DNA of 64,000 bases from Parcubacteria group bacterium Gr01-1014_31 (GTDB taxonomy: Bacteria; Patescibacteriota; Patescibacteriia; Buchananbacterales; GWA2-38-13): contig VMFR01000003.1 of NCBI GenBank assembly GCA_007376135.1, positions 11,660-75,659 on the forward strand, written 5' to 3'. A program made the translations under genes and the position numbers. Positions 40,073 to 49,583 of the stretch are shown one piece after another (position 1 is the first letter of the stretch; each line of letters opens with the position of its first letter). The notes beneath the pieces are model-generated. The model was not told the DNA's origin. It saw only the letters and a program-made list of their open reading frames with translations, and did no database searches.

Positions 40073-40195
40073 TTCCCTACCTCCAAATACTCGTTCCCCC
40101 AAGGCGAGACGGGATGAATAGAGGAGAAAAAGGAAATAACCCCGCACCAATTTTGCCGTACCCCTCCGCTCCACCATAGTTTTGGCACGCCGTGG

Positions 40196-40256
40196 CGAAC
40201 GGCCGCGAAGCGCGAGGCCGAATAGGCCTCCCCGTTCTGGGCGCAGCGCTTCGCCG
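40196..40256 (-). ncRNA. Structured RNA-like repeat copy 2 (inverted orientation)
   Basis: gcgaagcgc ... gaggcc-gaata-ggcctc ... gcgcttcgc; same architecture as 28621-28675. Confidence 0.45.
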
Positions 40257-40319
40257 TATCCTCTGGAGCTAAATTGGTGCTGGGGTTGGTGGGGTGATAC
40301 CACCCCGTTTGCGGAGTGG

Positions 40320-40934
40320 TTATTTACTGTCGTGTATAGACCATAGCCAACCCATGGTTGCCGTCGCCGCAGTCCCCAGCAGCACGAACGTCGCGGCCGT
40401 CTGGAAGTATTGCGGTGGGAAGAGGACAACCAGCTTGCTTTCCGCCGGGTCGAACGCCCACGGCGCCTGGATAAAGACCATCTGATGGAACCATTGGAAT
40501 GCCGCGGCGAATGTCAGGCTTCCGAGCACGAGGAATCCCAGCGTTACCGCCAGGGAGGCTTGGCACGCCGAGCGCAGGGCCTGCCGCAGCCATGGTATGC
40601 CGTGCCCGCGGTATCCGCGGAAACCTAAAACGATGGCAGCCAGAGTGCAAGCGAGCAGGAGCCATGGCACGGTGCCGATGATAGTCGCAACCTCCTGGAG
40701 GTGGGCGCGTTCATCCGGGGTGTAGCGGGCAATCAGGGCAGTATCGCGGGTATAAAAAAACCGTTGCAGCTGCGCGGTTGCCTCCAGCCGTTCTCGGGCG
40801 GACGAGCCGGTAACCGGAGTAAGGGCAACAAGCAACTGCTGCGGCTGCGACAGGAAGATGACGCCCAGTGTGAACGCGCACACGGCACCCGCTGTTGCCG
40901 CCGCGGCAAAGAGTGAAATTCGCAGTGATGACAT
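40320..40934 (-). CDS. DUF1461/TIGR01906-like integral membrane protein
   Basis: Two TM helices flanking an extracytoplasmic domain; start at the ATGA overlap with the upstream gene stop. The ORF track's 140-aa N-terminal extension is rejected. Confidence 0.5.
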   Translation of the reverse strand: MSSLRISLFAAAATAGAVCAFTLGVIFLSQPQQLLVALTPVTGSSARERLEATAQLQRFFYTRDTALIARYTPDERAHLQEVATIIGTVPWLLLACTLAAIVLGFRGYRGHGIPWLRQALRSACQASLAVTLGFLVLGSLTFAAAFQWFHQMVFIQAPWAFDPAESKLVVLFPPQYFQTAATFVLLGTAATATMGWLWSIHDSK

Positions 40935-41899
40935 CACGAGGGTGTCGGGGGAGGGCTGGCGGTCGTGATCGTTCGCGGAGGTACCGCCGATGCCGCCGCG
41001 CGTCGCACTGCTTGCTGGCGGTATTTGAGGAATAATCCGATGGCGTGCGAACCGACCACGAACACGACCGGCAGCCAGAACACAACCTGGGTGGACAGCG
41101 GCCGGTTTCCGACCACGCCGCGCCAGATGTGAACGACCACCGACAGGTAGGCGGCGTATACCAGGAGGTGCAGCTGGCGCCAGCCGTTCGGTGTCCGGTG
41201 GGCAAAATGCTGGACGCGCCACGGGGCAAGCCAGAGCCACCAGACGGCGATGCCGACGAGGATGATTTTTTCCAGCGGCGTCAATCCGCCGCCGCGCCAC
41301 CCCAGCCCCAGCAGTCCAAGGTAGGGGAGCAGGGTGAGCGTATGGATGATGCTCCACGAGCGCAGAGTGATCTTTCCTTGCGCCCAGTCCCAGGAGGTCA
41401 GCCCCAGCAGCTCGATGATGTAGATCGACGCGGCGCCAAAGACGTTGGAGCCGATCATCAGCGCCAGCGGAACCTGGTTATTGTAGTAGCTGGAAAGTAC
41501 GATGTTGACGTGGGTGAGCGCCAGCAGCAGGCCCGTGACGCCGACATGCCGACGGTGTTTCATTAGGCGCACAAAGCGCGGGCGGAAGAAGCGCGACCAG
41601 GGGCCAATGAGCAGCGTCGCATTGAGGAAGACAAACGCGAGGATGGCCGTAGTGATGAGGACCAGCAGCAGGCCGTCCGTCGCGGGCCACCGCAGGCGGG
41701 CAAGTCCCAGGATCAAGGCAATAACAGCGCCAAGGCCGGCGTCAACCCACGCTCGCCGCACGGTTGCCAGGACGGCGATAATGACCGCGCAGCCCAGGGT
41801 GACTGGCAAGGCACGGTCGGCGAGCGCGGGGATACGCGGCAGCAGGGCCGCATTGCCCAGCGCCAGGATGAGCGCGACAGGTATGTGGTTGAGCGGCAT
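40934..41899 (-). CDS. Ferric-reductase-like transmembrane domain protein (MsrQ/YedZ-like, bis-His helices)
   Basis: Paired His in TM helices ('HRRHVGVTGLLLALTHVN', 'HLLVYAAYLSVVVHIW'). Confidence 0.45.
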   Translation of the reverse strand: MPLNHIPVALILALGNAALLPRIPALADRALPVTLGCAVIIAVLATVRRAWVDAGLGAVIALILGLARLRWPATDGLLLVLITTAILAFVFLNATLLIGPWSRFFRPRFVRLMKHRRHVGVTGLLLALTHVNIVLSSYYNNQVPLALMIGSNVFGAASIYIIELLGLTSWDWAQGKITLRSWSIIHTLTLLPYLGLLGLGWRGGGLTPLEKIILVGIAVWWLWLAPWRVQHFAHRTPNGWRQLHLLVYAAYLSVVVHIWRGVVGNRPLSTQVVFWLPVVFVVGSHAIGLFLKYRQQAVRRAAASAVPPRTITTASPPPTPS

Positions 41900-41913
41900 A
41901 GGGGAAACGTTGT

Positions 41914-42717
41914 CTAGTATACCATTCCTCGCCGGATATCCCGCAGCGCCGCGGCCAGGTCCGATGCCAGAAAGTAGTACCCGCCGTACTTTTTTCGAAG
42001 CGCATCGCCGACCCGGCCCAGCCGATAGACGGCATTGATGGATGCCTGGAGCGGGTCGCCCGACTGCGCGATCAAACCCGCGATGAAGCCCGCCAACACA
42101 TCGCCGGTTCCGGCTTTGGTCAGTCCCGGGTTGCCCGTGCGGTTTTGAAGCCTGCCTCGCATTGAGTAGATCACGGTTCGCCAGCTTTTTGCCACGATGA
42201 TGTTACCTTTGGCAACCAGCGCACGCAGGTCGCAACGGCGCTGCAGGCGCAGATACTCGCCGCGATTGGGCGTTAGGACGGCGTTTCGTAGGCTTTGCGG
42301 ATCGAACGCGTCTAGGGCCGCGGCGTCCAGTACCTTACATCTAGGGAGAGCGGCAAGGCGTTTGAGTAGGGAAAGTGACTGCGGTCGCGGGTGCACGCCA
42401 CCGCCGAGTAACAAGCAGTCGGCCCGCGAGGCCATTTTTTTCAGCTCCGAAAAATGCCGTACCGACAGGAATTGCCCCGGCAGTTTGCGGGTGACCAGGT
42501 CAGGGGAGCAGCCGTTGATGGCCCAGGCGACTTTTTCGGGCGCGGCGACCACTACCGAATCTGCCCCGCTGCGCAGGGCGGCGATGCCGGAAAGCGCGGG
42601 CGCGCCGCTATACTCCGGAGAGCCGCCGACGATCAACACCCGGCCGTTATCGCCCTTACGGGAGTTTGGCTGGCGGGTCGGCCAGCGGAGATGGCGGCGG
42701 GTGATAACGGTGGACAT
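41914..42717 (-). CDS. nnrD: ADP-dependent NAD(P)H-hydrate dehydratase (YjeF C-terminal domain)
   Basis: 'GTGDVLAG' motif, YjeF_C fold. Confidence 0.8.
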   Translation of the reverse strand: MSTVITRRHLRWPTRQPNSRKGDNGRVLIVGGSPEYSGAPALSGIAALRSGADSVVVAAPEKVAWAINGCSPDLVTRKLPGQFLSVRHFSELKKMASRADCLLLGGGVHPRPQSLSLLKRLAALPRCKVLDAAALDAFDPQSLRNAVLTPNRGEYLRLQRRCDLRALVAKGNIIVAKSWRTVIYSMRGRLQNRTGNPGLTKAGTGDVLAGFIAGLIAQSGDPLQASINAVYRLGRVGDALRKKYGGYYFLASDLAAALRDIRRGMVY

Positions 42718-42762
42718 AGGGGACGCATCGTCAGTATACGCGGCGCACGAAAAGGCGTCGAC

Positions 42763-42800
42763 CAGCAAAAAACCAGCCCGGTCAGCAGGCTGGTTTTTTC
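42763..42800. terminator. Bidirectional intrinsic terminator
   Basis: aaaaaaccagcccggtcagcaggctggttttttcg. Confidence 0.8.
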
Positions 42801-42814
42801 GTCTTGTCGAGGTA

Positions 42815-44047
42815 TTATTCGCAGCCTGTGCCCAGACCTCCGACGCATTCTTCCGTCGGCGGTTCTCCGCGCTCGGGGCAGGTCTTCGAGTAGATGCAGG
42901 CGGTATCAGGGACGGCGTCCAGTTGGCGCTGCAGGGCGGGTTTGCCCTCGGCGCCGTAGGAGATAAGGATGCGGTTCAGGTCGGCGATGACGTAGTCGCC
43001 GTATTGGTCGTTGGCGCGGCCATCCACGAACAGTTTGACCGTCTTGCCGTCGGCATTGCAGAGGCGGTTGCGGGCATCGAGGGTGAAGCAGTCGGGCGTC
43101 AGATCCATGCTAAGTGATTTGAGGAAATCATTCAGGGTGACGCCCGCGCGGTGGGTGTGGACGACCATTCCTTCCTCGTCGTGCAGGTGGACCGCCGTAT
43201 CCAGTTCTTTTTCTTTGGTGGATTGGTACTTGTCCGCGGACAGATCCACGGGCTTGCCGTTCAGGACGATGGCAAGGTTAGCGTGCTGATGGACGAGCGC
43301 TGTGGTGCTGGTGGCCGTGACCGGGGCGTTGGCGAGCGCGGCATCCAGGTACTGCTTGAATTCTTCGAGGCTGCGCGGGTAGTCGATGGCGCGGCCGTTG
43401 ACGAAGAAACTGGGCGTGCCGCTGATCTGCAGTGCCGTGCCCGACTGTTGGTGAGCATCGATCTTGGCACGCACCGCCGGGTCGGCGTAGTCGGCCTGGA
43501 ATTTCGCCGCGTCCAGCTGCAGCTCGGCCGCGTACGTACCGAACAGTTCCAGCGGCGTGCGGCTGTCCTTCCAGGCGTCCTGGCGCTCGTACAGCAGGTC
43601 GTGCATCTCCCAGAATTTACCCTGGCGGCCGGCGGCTTCCGCGGCTTGAGAGGCCGGCACGGCGTTGCCGTGCTGGCGGAGCGGGAAGTGGCGCATGACG
43701 ATCTTGACGCGGTCGCCGTATTCGTCGCCCAGCTGTTTGACCAACGGCGCATAGGCCGCGCACGCCGGGCATTGGAAGTCGGCGTATTCCATCAAGGTGA
43801 CGGCGGCATCGGGGTTGCCGCGAACCCAGTCGTCCGGTTGCAGGTCCGACGTTCCGATGCCGCCACCCGTGCTGCCGGAGCGCAGCCACCAGCCGATCAG
43901 GACGGCGACCGCGATAATGGCGACCGTCCAGGGCAGGAAACGGCGGGTGGTCTGTTGGCGGGTCTGGCCTTGCCGTTGGGCTGCCCGTTCGCGCTGTTTG
44001 AGTTCCCAGCGCTCGCGTTTGGTCATTTGGGGCGGTAGTGGTTCCAT
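42815..44047 (-). CDS. Membrane-anchored DsbA-like thioredoxin-fold protein with Cys-rich C-terminal domain
   Basis: 'QCPACAAY' CxxC active site; N-terminal TM; C-terminal approximately 170 aa with three further Cys pairs. Confidence 0.65.
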   Translation of the reverse strand: MEPLPPQMTKRERWELKQRERAAQRQGQTRQQTTRRFLPWTVAIIAVAVLIGWWLRSGSTGGGIGTSDLQPDDWVRGNPDAAVTLMEYADFQCPACAAYAPLVKQLGDEYGDRVKIVMRHFPLRQHGNAVPASQAAEAAGRQGKFWEMHDLLYERQDAWKDSRTPLELFGTYAAELQLDAAKFQADYADPAVRAKIDAHQQSGTALQISGTPSFFVNGRAIDYPRSLEEFKQYLDAALANAPVTATSTTALVHQHANLAIVLNGKPVDLSADKYQSTKEKELDTAVHLHDEEGMVVHTHRAGVTLNDFLKSLSMDLTPDCFTLDARNRLCNADGKTVKLFVDGRANDQYGDYVIADLNRILISYGAEGKPALQRQLDAVPDTACIYSKTCPERGEPPTEECVGGLGTGCE

Positions 44048-44135
44048 AAAAAAAGGGTTCCTTTAAAGTGAACCCAGTTACTTTACCGTTTCCTTTACGG
44101 CTGTCAAATGGCGCCAGACGGCTGGCCGACCGAAA

Positions 44136-45062
44136 CTATGCGGGTACGCACTTGGCCTCAGCGGCCTTCAACTCGCGATAGGAGAGGTAGAAAAAGACGG
44201 TCAGTAGCAGGAAGGTGTTGAGCGGCGCCAGCCAGAACGGATACTCGCGGCCGAAGCTCTCCCAGATCATCAGGCCGCCCAGCATGCCGATGGAGTACAT
44301 CGCGCCGTTCTTGAGGTAGGCGAATTTCTGGACCACGTCGATGCCGCGGATGGTCAGTTCCCGCACCACGAACGCGCCCAGCCCATTGCCCAGGATGATG
44401 AGCGGCACCGAGATGGTGAACGCGAACGCACCGATCACCCCGTCAATGGAGAATGACGCATCCAGCACCTCCAGGTAGAGGATCTTGCTCCAGGCGCTCA
44501 TATGCCCGCTGAGCAGGCGCTGCTCTTGGACCTCGGCGTTCTTCTTGAAACCGTCGGTGATGAAAAATGCGGTGGACCCGATCGAGGCGGACAACGCCAA
44601 GAGCGGATTGTGCTGCAGCGAGAGGTAAATGATGGCGGTGAAGAAGAGCGAAGAAAAGGCGTAGAACCACGCGGATTGCCGGTGGATGAAGTGTTCCACC
44701 AGGAAGGCGTATTTTTTTTCCTCCAGGAACAGCCAGGATAGGAAGACGAACACCAGGTAGACGCCACCGCCCAACAGCAGTAAGGCCTTGGATGCTTCAA
44801 CGCTGCGTTCCAGGTCGGCGTTCCCGAGCGCCGCGCCGATGACCTGCAGCGGCCCCAGCCCGGGGTTGGCGATCCACACGATGAGGAACGGCAGCAGGCC
44901 GCGGACCAGGAACACTGCAAAGAGTAGCCCCCAGAAGAGAAAGATCTTTTGGAATCGCTCCGGCAGCGTGCGCAGGACGTGCGCGTTGATGATGGCGTTG
45001 TCGACGCTGGAGATGATCTCGAACAGCGCCAAACCGATGATGACGATGACGTAGTGCAGCAT
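44136..45062 (-). CDS. TerC/DUF475 family integral membrane protein
   Basis: 'ISSVDNAII' TerC-type motif and repeated TM halves. Confidence 0.6.
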   Translation of the reverse strand: MLHYVIVIIGLALFEIISSVDNAIINAHVLRTLPERFQKIFLFWGLLFAVFLVRGLLPFLIVWIANPGLGPLQVIGAALGNADLERSVEASKALLLLGGGVYLVFVFLSWLFLEEKKYAFLVEHFIHRQSAWFYAFSSLFFTAIIYLSLQHNPLLALSASIGSTAFFITDGFKKNAEVQEQRLLSGHMSAWSKILYLEVLDASFSIDGVIGAFAFTISVPLIILGNGLGAFVVRELTIRGIDVVQKFAYLKNGAMYSIGMLGGLMIWESFGREYPFWLAPLNTFLLLTVFFYLSYRELKAAEAKCVPA

Positions 45063-45094
45063 ACCTCGCGTGCCTTGGGCCGGTGGTATGGCGG

Positions 45095-46156
45095 CTAGAT
45101 GCGGATGAAAAATTGTTCGGCAACGCTTGGCGGCAGCAGCGGCACAGTCACCGTGAACGTCGTACCCTTCCCCGGACGGGAGACAAAGGTGATGGTGCCA
45201 TGGTGGGCTTCGACGAATTTTTTACTGATGAACAGACCGATGCCCGTGCCCGTGCTGGAAGTAGCCCTGGCGTTCGAGGCGCGGAAGAACTTGGTAAAGA
45301 CCTTGGCTTGCTCGGCGGGCGGGATGCCGATGCCGGTGTCGCCGATCTCCAATTTCAGGCCGCTGGGCGAACTGGTGGCCGTGACGCGCACACTGCCGCC
45401 GTTGGGGGTGTAGTTGATGGCGTTCTCGGTCAGATTCTCCGCCACCTGCCAGAGCTTGTTGGCGTCGGCGCGCAGGGTGATTTTGTCGTCGACCTGGCTG
45501 GCGTACCCCAGCGTGATCTTCTTACCCTCCGCCATCGGCTGCAGGCGGTCCACGGCCGATTTGATGCCGCGTTCCAGTTCGCCGAGCCGGATGTTCTTCA
45601 CGCTGACTTGCAGGCGGCCGGCATCCAGCTTGGAGGCATCCAGGAAATCCTGGGTCAGGGTTACGAGGCTCTCGGTGCTGCCGTAGAGGTTGGTGAGGAT
45701 ATCGCGCTGTTCGGCGCTGACGGGCCCGAAGTCGCCGCCCAGCAGCATCTTGAGCGCGTATTTGGTGGACGTCAACGGCGTTCGCATTTGGTGGGTCATG
45801 GAGGAGATGAGTTCATTTTTCGCCTGGGCTGCTTCGTTGAGTTCGTTGAGTTTTTTTTCGCGGGTGGCATCGCGCTGCCGTTCCACGACGATGTCGGCCA
45901 GTGCGACGCCGGCGGTCACGAATCCGGCCACCAGCGCGAACGAGTTGGCGGAGAATCGCTGGCGCAGCGCTTCGATCAGCGACAGCTGGTCGCCGCCGGT
46001 CAGGCCGGGCAGCAGGAACAGCAGGGCCGCCAGGAACCCGAGCAGCGCGCCCAGCGCATACAGCAGGATGGCGCGGAAGTCCGTGGCCCGCGCCGGCCCC
46101 CCGGGGGTTGGCACCAGGTGGGTTGTGCTGCGGGTTGCGGGTTTGACGGGAGCCAC
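45095..46156 (-). CDS. Sensor histidine kinase (orphan; no response regulator adjacent)
   Basis: HisKA H-box 'MTHQMRTPLT', HATPase N/G boxes ('NLTENAINYT', 'GTGIGL'). Confidence 0.8.
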   Translation of the reverse strand: MAPVKPATRSTTHLVPTPGGPARATDFRAILLYALGALLGFLAALLFLLPGLTGGDQLSLIEALRQRFSANSFALVAGFVTAGVALADIVVERQRDATREKKLNELNEAAQAKNELISSMTHQMRTPLTSTKYALKMLLGGDFGPVSAEQRDILTNLYGSTESLVTLTQDFLDASKLDAGRLQVSVKNIRLGELERGIKSAVDRLQPMAEGKKITLGYASQVDDKITLRADANKLWQVAENLTENAINYTPNGGSVRVTATSSPSGLKLEIGDTGIGIPPAEQAKVFTKFFRASNARATSSTGTGIGLFISKKFVEAHHGTITFVSRPGKGTTFTVTVPLLPPSVAEQFFIRI

Positions 46157-46168
46157 AAGAGAGAGAGC

Positions 46169-46834
46169 TCAGCGTCGGGATGGCGGAGGCAGGGCTGCGG
46201 TGCCGCGTTGCATCGCGCGGCCGGCAAAAAGTGCCGTCAGGAGTACCAGCGGCGCCGCGAGTTGGAAGGTCGCGGCCACCACCGCGGGCGCGCCGGCGAT
46301 GGTTGCCAGGTGCGCGCCGATGCAGCAACTGGCAATACCCGCGCCGCTGCCGATGGCTTTCACGCGCACCGATGGTAGGTGCGAACGCAGGCCAATGGAG
46401 AACAGATAGCCGCCGGTGATCCCGCCGTTGATGACCATCATATACGCCATGGTGGCCGGCAGCAGCAGATTTCTGCCGTCGGGGGTGCCAACCAGCCAGG
46501 ATAAGAGCAGCCAGCTGACCGCCAAGCTGACGTAGAACGCCAGCGGCCGCAGCGGCTGCGGGAGCACCGTGAACGGCAAGCGCAACATGACGCACGCGCC
46601 GGTGATGATGGAGAATGCCCCGAGGTACGCGAGGATCGGCACGTCCAGCAGGTCGGCAGCGCCCAGCAGCGACAGCCCGGCAGCCATGCTGGCGAAGAAC
46701 GCCAGCACCGCCGCGGTCAGCTCGCTGCGTTCCCGCGTGAAGGTGGGCAAAAAGACGATGGTGCCCACCACATAGAGGATGGCGGCGATGAACGCCAGGG
46801 CATCGGCCAGCGGGATGTTCGCGAGGACCGGCAT
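46169..46834 (-). CDS. Hypothetical polytopic membrane protein
   Basis: Six hydrophobic helices; no known motif. Confidence 0.45.
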   Translation of the reverse strand: MPVLANIPLADALAFIAAILYVVGTIVFLPTFTRERSELTAAVLAFFASMAAGLSLLGAADLLDVPILAYLGAFSIITGACVMLRLPFTVLPQPLRPLAFYVSLAVSWLLLSWLVGTPDGRNLLLPATMAYMMVINGGITGGYLFSIGLRSHLPSVRVKAIGSGAGIASCCIGAHLATIAGAPAVVAATFQLAAPLVLLTALFAGRAMQRGTAALPPPSRR

Positions 46835-46968
46835 ACGGGCGAAAGAAAAAAGGGAATACTACTGCTATTGTACGACAGCGCAGGCATTTGCACAAAAAAA
46901 CGCCCTGTGGCGGGGTATAAGAAAAGTCCGCCCGAAGGCGGACCGTGAGGAGGGGTGGGCGGGACGCG

Positions 46969-47160
46969 TTATTCGCGTTCGCTCCCCGACGTTGGGTGGG
47001 GGCCGTAGAACAGCCCTGCGATGGCCCCGGCGTGAATGCCGAGGATCACCAGTGCCAGCAGCAGGCCTTGGCATCCAAGTTCCCGGCACAGGCCGGCAAC
47101 GAATGGAGTTACCCCAATTGCGCACCCAAGCAGTAAAAGAACCTTCTCGCGCTTGCTCAT
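46969..47160 (-). CDS. Small membrane protein (63 aa)
   Basis: Consensus promoter (47212-47240, minus), AAAGGA RBS, and hairpin/T-run terminator at 46926-46945. Confidence 0.5.
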   Translation of the reverse strand: MSKREKVLLLLGCAIGVTPFVAGLCRELGCQGLLLALVILGIHAGAIAGLFYGPHPTSGSERE

Positions 47161-47211
47161 CCGTATCCTTTCTTTCTGTTGCACCAAATAGCTCAGGAAA
47201 ACGAATAATCC

Positions 47212-47240
47212 AGTATACACCAAATAACCGTATTAGTCAA
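47212..47240 (-). promoter_or_regulatory. Sigma70-like promoter (TTGACT, 17-nt spacer, TATACT) for the small membrane protein gene
   Basis: Reverse complement of agtata ... agtcaa on the + strand, in an AT-rich patch. Confidence 0.55.
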
Positions 47241-47262
47241 GGCATTTTTGATATTTTTGGCT

Positions 47263-47300
47263 AATTTTAAACCACCCCCGGGAGACGGGGGTGGTTTGCT
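47263..47300. terminator. Bidirectional terminator between the lipoprotein gene and the small-gene promoter
   Basis: ccacccccg-ggaga-cgggggtgg flanked by A/T runs. Confidence 0.7.
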
Positions 47301-47313
47301 TGGCTCTTTTATC

Positions 47314-49335
47314 CTATTCCGCTGCTACTTCTATCTGCATCGTCGGTTTGTCCTTGACCTTGCCGTAACCGCACTGCGGTCCGGGGTCAATGACCATGCT
47401 CCCATCCGTTGCCCGCACGGCTCCGGCGGCCGCATGCCAGTGCGCCTGACCGCCGTCGCAGCCCTGTTCGCTTTCTACGATGAGCTGGTCGACCGGCAGG
47501 TACTTGCCATTGTATTGGATGACCTGGACCTTGATCATTTCTTTGTCCGGTGTCGGCGTGGGGGTTGGTTGCGTTCCGCCACCGCCGGTGGTCTCGCGCG
47601 GCGTCGGGGTCGGTGTCGCTGTAGGCGTCGGGGTCGGATCGCCCGCGGTCGGCGTGGGGGTTGGCGTCGGGGTCGGCGGCGGGACGCACAAGTTCTTGCC
47701 GTCCGCGCCATCCTGGCCCGGCGGGTTGCCCTTGCCGCCTTTGCCGCCCTTGCCTTCGCCGCAGCCGTCGCCGCCGTTCCCGCCGTTGCCGCCCGTTTCA
47801 TCCTGCACCGCGCCGTCGCTGCCGTTGCGCGTCTTGCCCACGCCTCCTTTGCCGAAAATACTTTTGGCGTCGCCGCCTTTGCCGCCGGGTCCGCCGGGAC
47901 CGCTGGCGTCGCAGTTGCCGCCGTTGCCGCCTTTGCCGCCGTGGGCGTCCGCATCGCCGCCGTTGCCGCCCACATCCTCGGGCGAGGAGCGGCCTGCGCC
48001 GCCCGTCAGCGTCAGCGCCGCTTTGCCGCCCTGGCCGCCGGTGGCAGTACCGCTGCCGCCATTGCCGCCGCGCTGCTTGCACTTCAGGCCGTCGCCGCCG
48101 TTGCCGGGGTCCGCGGTCGCCAGGCCGCCGTCGCCGCCGAACATCGCGTCGAACGTGACGTTGCTGGCGCCCGCGACCGTGCCGGCGATGGACAGCTCTT
48201 TGACGTTATCGCCGCCCTGGCCGCCCGTCGCTCTGGCGTCGCCGCCGTCCTCGCTCGGTCCGCCGTGCTTGCCGAGCGCCGTGGTGCTGCCGCCCGCGCC
48301 GCCATTGCCGGTCGAGACCTCGAAGGCACCCGTGATCTTGAATTCGCTACCCGCCACCATTTTGAAGTTGCCGGGTTTACCACCCTTGCCGCCGATGGCC
48401 ATGCCGGGCTTGCAGTCGCGCTTGGTTTCCGCATCGCCGCCCTTGCCGCCGTTGCCCAGTTTCAGCTTGAAATTATTGATGGTGATGTTCGGCGCTTTGA
48501 CCAGCAGCCGGAATGCGTCCTCGCCATCCTTGCCGCGCGCGTTGCAGCTGGTCCCTTTGTCGTCCGCGCCGGGCCGGCCGTCCGGTCCGGTCAGTTCAAA
48601 ATTTTGGACGTTAAGGCCAACGGCATCGGGGAATTGGAATATCACCATCCGTCGCACGCCGGGCGGCGGGGTGCCGACGCTGACCCGCCCCGAGATGGTC
48701 ACCGTATGGGAAGTTGCCTTGGCCGCCGGAATGCCCCAGAGGGAGCGGCGGGGGAGCGGTCCCGGCACGGGGGTCGGTTCAACGACCGCCGCGAGCGGCG
48801 AGCGTTCGATGCCGGCTTCGGATCCTCCAATGAACGGTCCGACGCGGTTGCCCGCGCCCGTCGGTGACCCGGCTTCCTGGTACAATTTTTCCAGTTCCTG
48901 CGCGGAGTCGGCCAGCAAATCGGCGCGGCTGGAAATTTGGACGTTGCCGTCGGCGGCAATCTCCGCATTTTTGGCAAAGGTGACGTCGTCGGCAACGACG
49001 ATGCGCACGTCGCCGCCTTTGCCGTCAGCGCCACGGCACTGCAGTTTCCCGTTGACCGCGGTCGTCCCCCGGACCGTAAGTTCCAGGTTCCCGCCGTCGC
49101 AGCCAAGTTCCCCCGCCACGTCGAGGTTACCCTCTACGGTCAGTTTCGCCCCGCCCCTGAGCACAACGGGTTTGTCAGCGGCGACCGCATAGTCACCCTT
49201 GACCGTCAGGTCTTCGCTGATGACGATGGCGTTCTTTGGGATCTGGACGCTTGGCGCGGTCGTCGTTTTTTTGGCGCAGCCAGCCGCCGCGAACGCCAAG
49301 GCGACTGCCGACCACCGCAGGACGCGGGTGCCCAT
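47314..49335 (-). CDS. Large lipoprotein with Gly-rich (GGxGGxGG) repeats and a Pro-Thr linker
   Basis: Lipobox 'LAFAAAGC'; long 'GGNGG(D/S)G' repeat region; 'PTPTPTPTPT' linker; Cys-containing C-terminal domain. Confidence 0.7.
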   Translation of the reverse strand: MGTRVLRWSAVALAFAAAGCAKKTTTAPSVQIPKNAIVISEDLTVKGDYAVAADKPVVLRGGAKLTVEGNLDVAGELGCDGGNLELTVRGTTAVNGKLQCRGADGKGGDVRIVVADDVTFAKNAEIAADGNVQISSRADLLADSAQELEKLYQEAGSPTGAGNRVGPFIGGSEAGIERSPLAAVVEPTPVPGPLPRRSLWGIPAAKATSHTVTISGRVSVGTPPPGVRRMVIFQFPDAVGLNVQNFELTGPDGRPGADDKGTSCNARGKDGEDAFRLLVKAPNITINNFKLKLGNGGKGGDAETKRDCKPGMAIGGKGGKPGNFKMVAGSEFKITGAFEVSTGNGGAGGSTTALGKHGGPSEDGGDARATGGQGGDNVKELSIAGTVAGASNVTFDAMFGGDGGLATADPGNGGDGLKCKQRGGNGGSGTATGGQGGKAALTLTGGAGRSSPEDVGGNGGDADAHGGKGGNGGNCDASGPGGPGGKGGDAKSIFGKGGVGKTRNGSDGAVQDETGGNGGNGGDGCGEGKGGKGGKGNPPGQDGADGKNLCVPPPTPTPTPTPTAGDPTPTPTATPTPTPRETTGGGGTQPTPTPTPDKEMIKVQVIQYNGKYLPVDQLIVESEQGCDGGQAHWHAAAGAVRATDGSMVIDPGPQCGYGKVKDKPTMQIEVAAE

Positions 49336-49583
49336 AGATGTGGGTAGATAAAGGATAGTAAAAACGTGAGTAGGGTAGCATGCCTTCTCACGCGGGGTCA
49401 AACGGGGGCACCTTTTTGCCACCTTTCTAGGAAAGGTGGCGCCAAAGTCGCGAGCCGTCTCGAAATTTAGAAAAAATCAGGTTCACTCGGCGTAAAATCG
49501 CTATGCGCACTCGGCCTCAGCACGCGATTTCCCGCCGCCTCGCTCACCTCGATTTTTTACCTAAATTTCTCCAATGCTCGCAT

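Noticed and set aside
40320-41357. Full 345-aa ORF call for the DUF1461-like gene
   Set aside because: The first approximately 140 aa overlap the upstream ferric-reductase-like gene in another frame and are Arg/Pro-rich. The start is trimmed to the ATGA overlap at 40934.
47480-49192. 570-aa + strand ORF and numerous overlapping 100-170-aa ORFs across 47.3-49.4 kb
   Set aside because: Antisense or alternate-frame translations of the Gly-rich repeat gene, giving Pro/Ser/Arg-rich runs. The lipoprotein frame on the minus strand has a signal peptide and coherent repeats.
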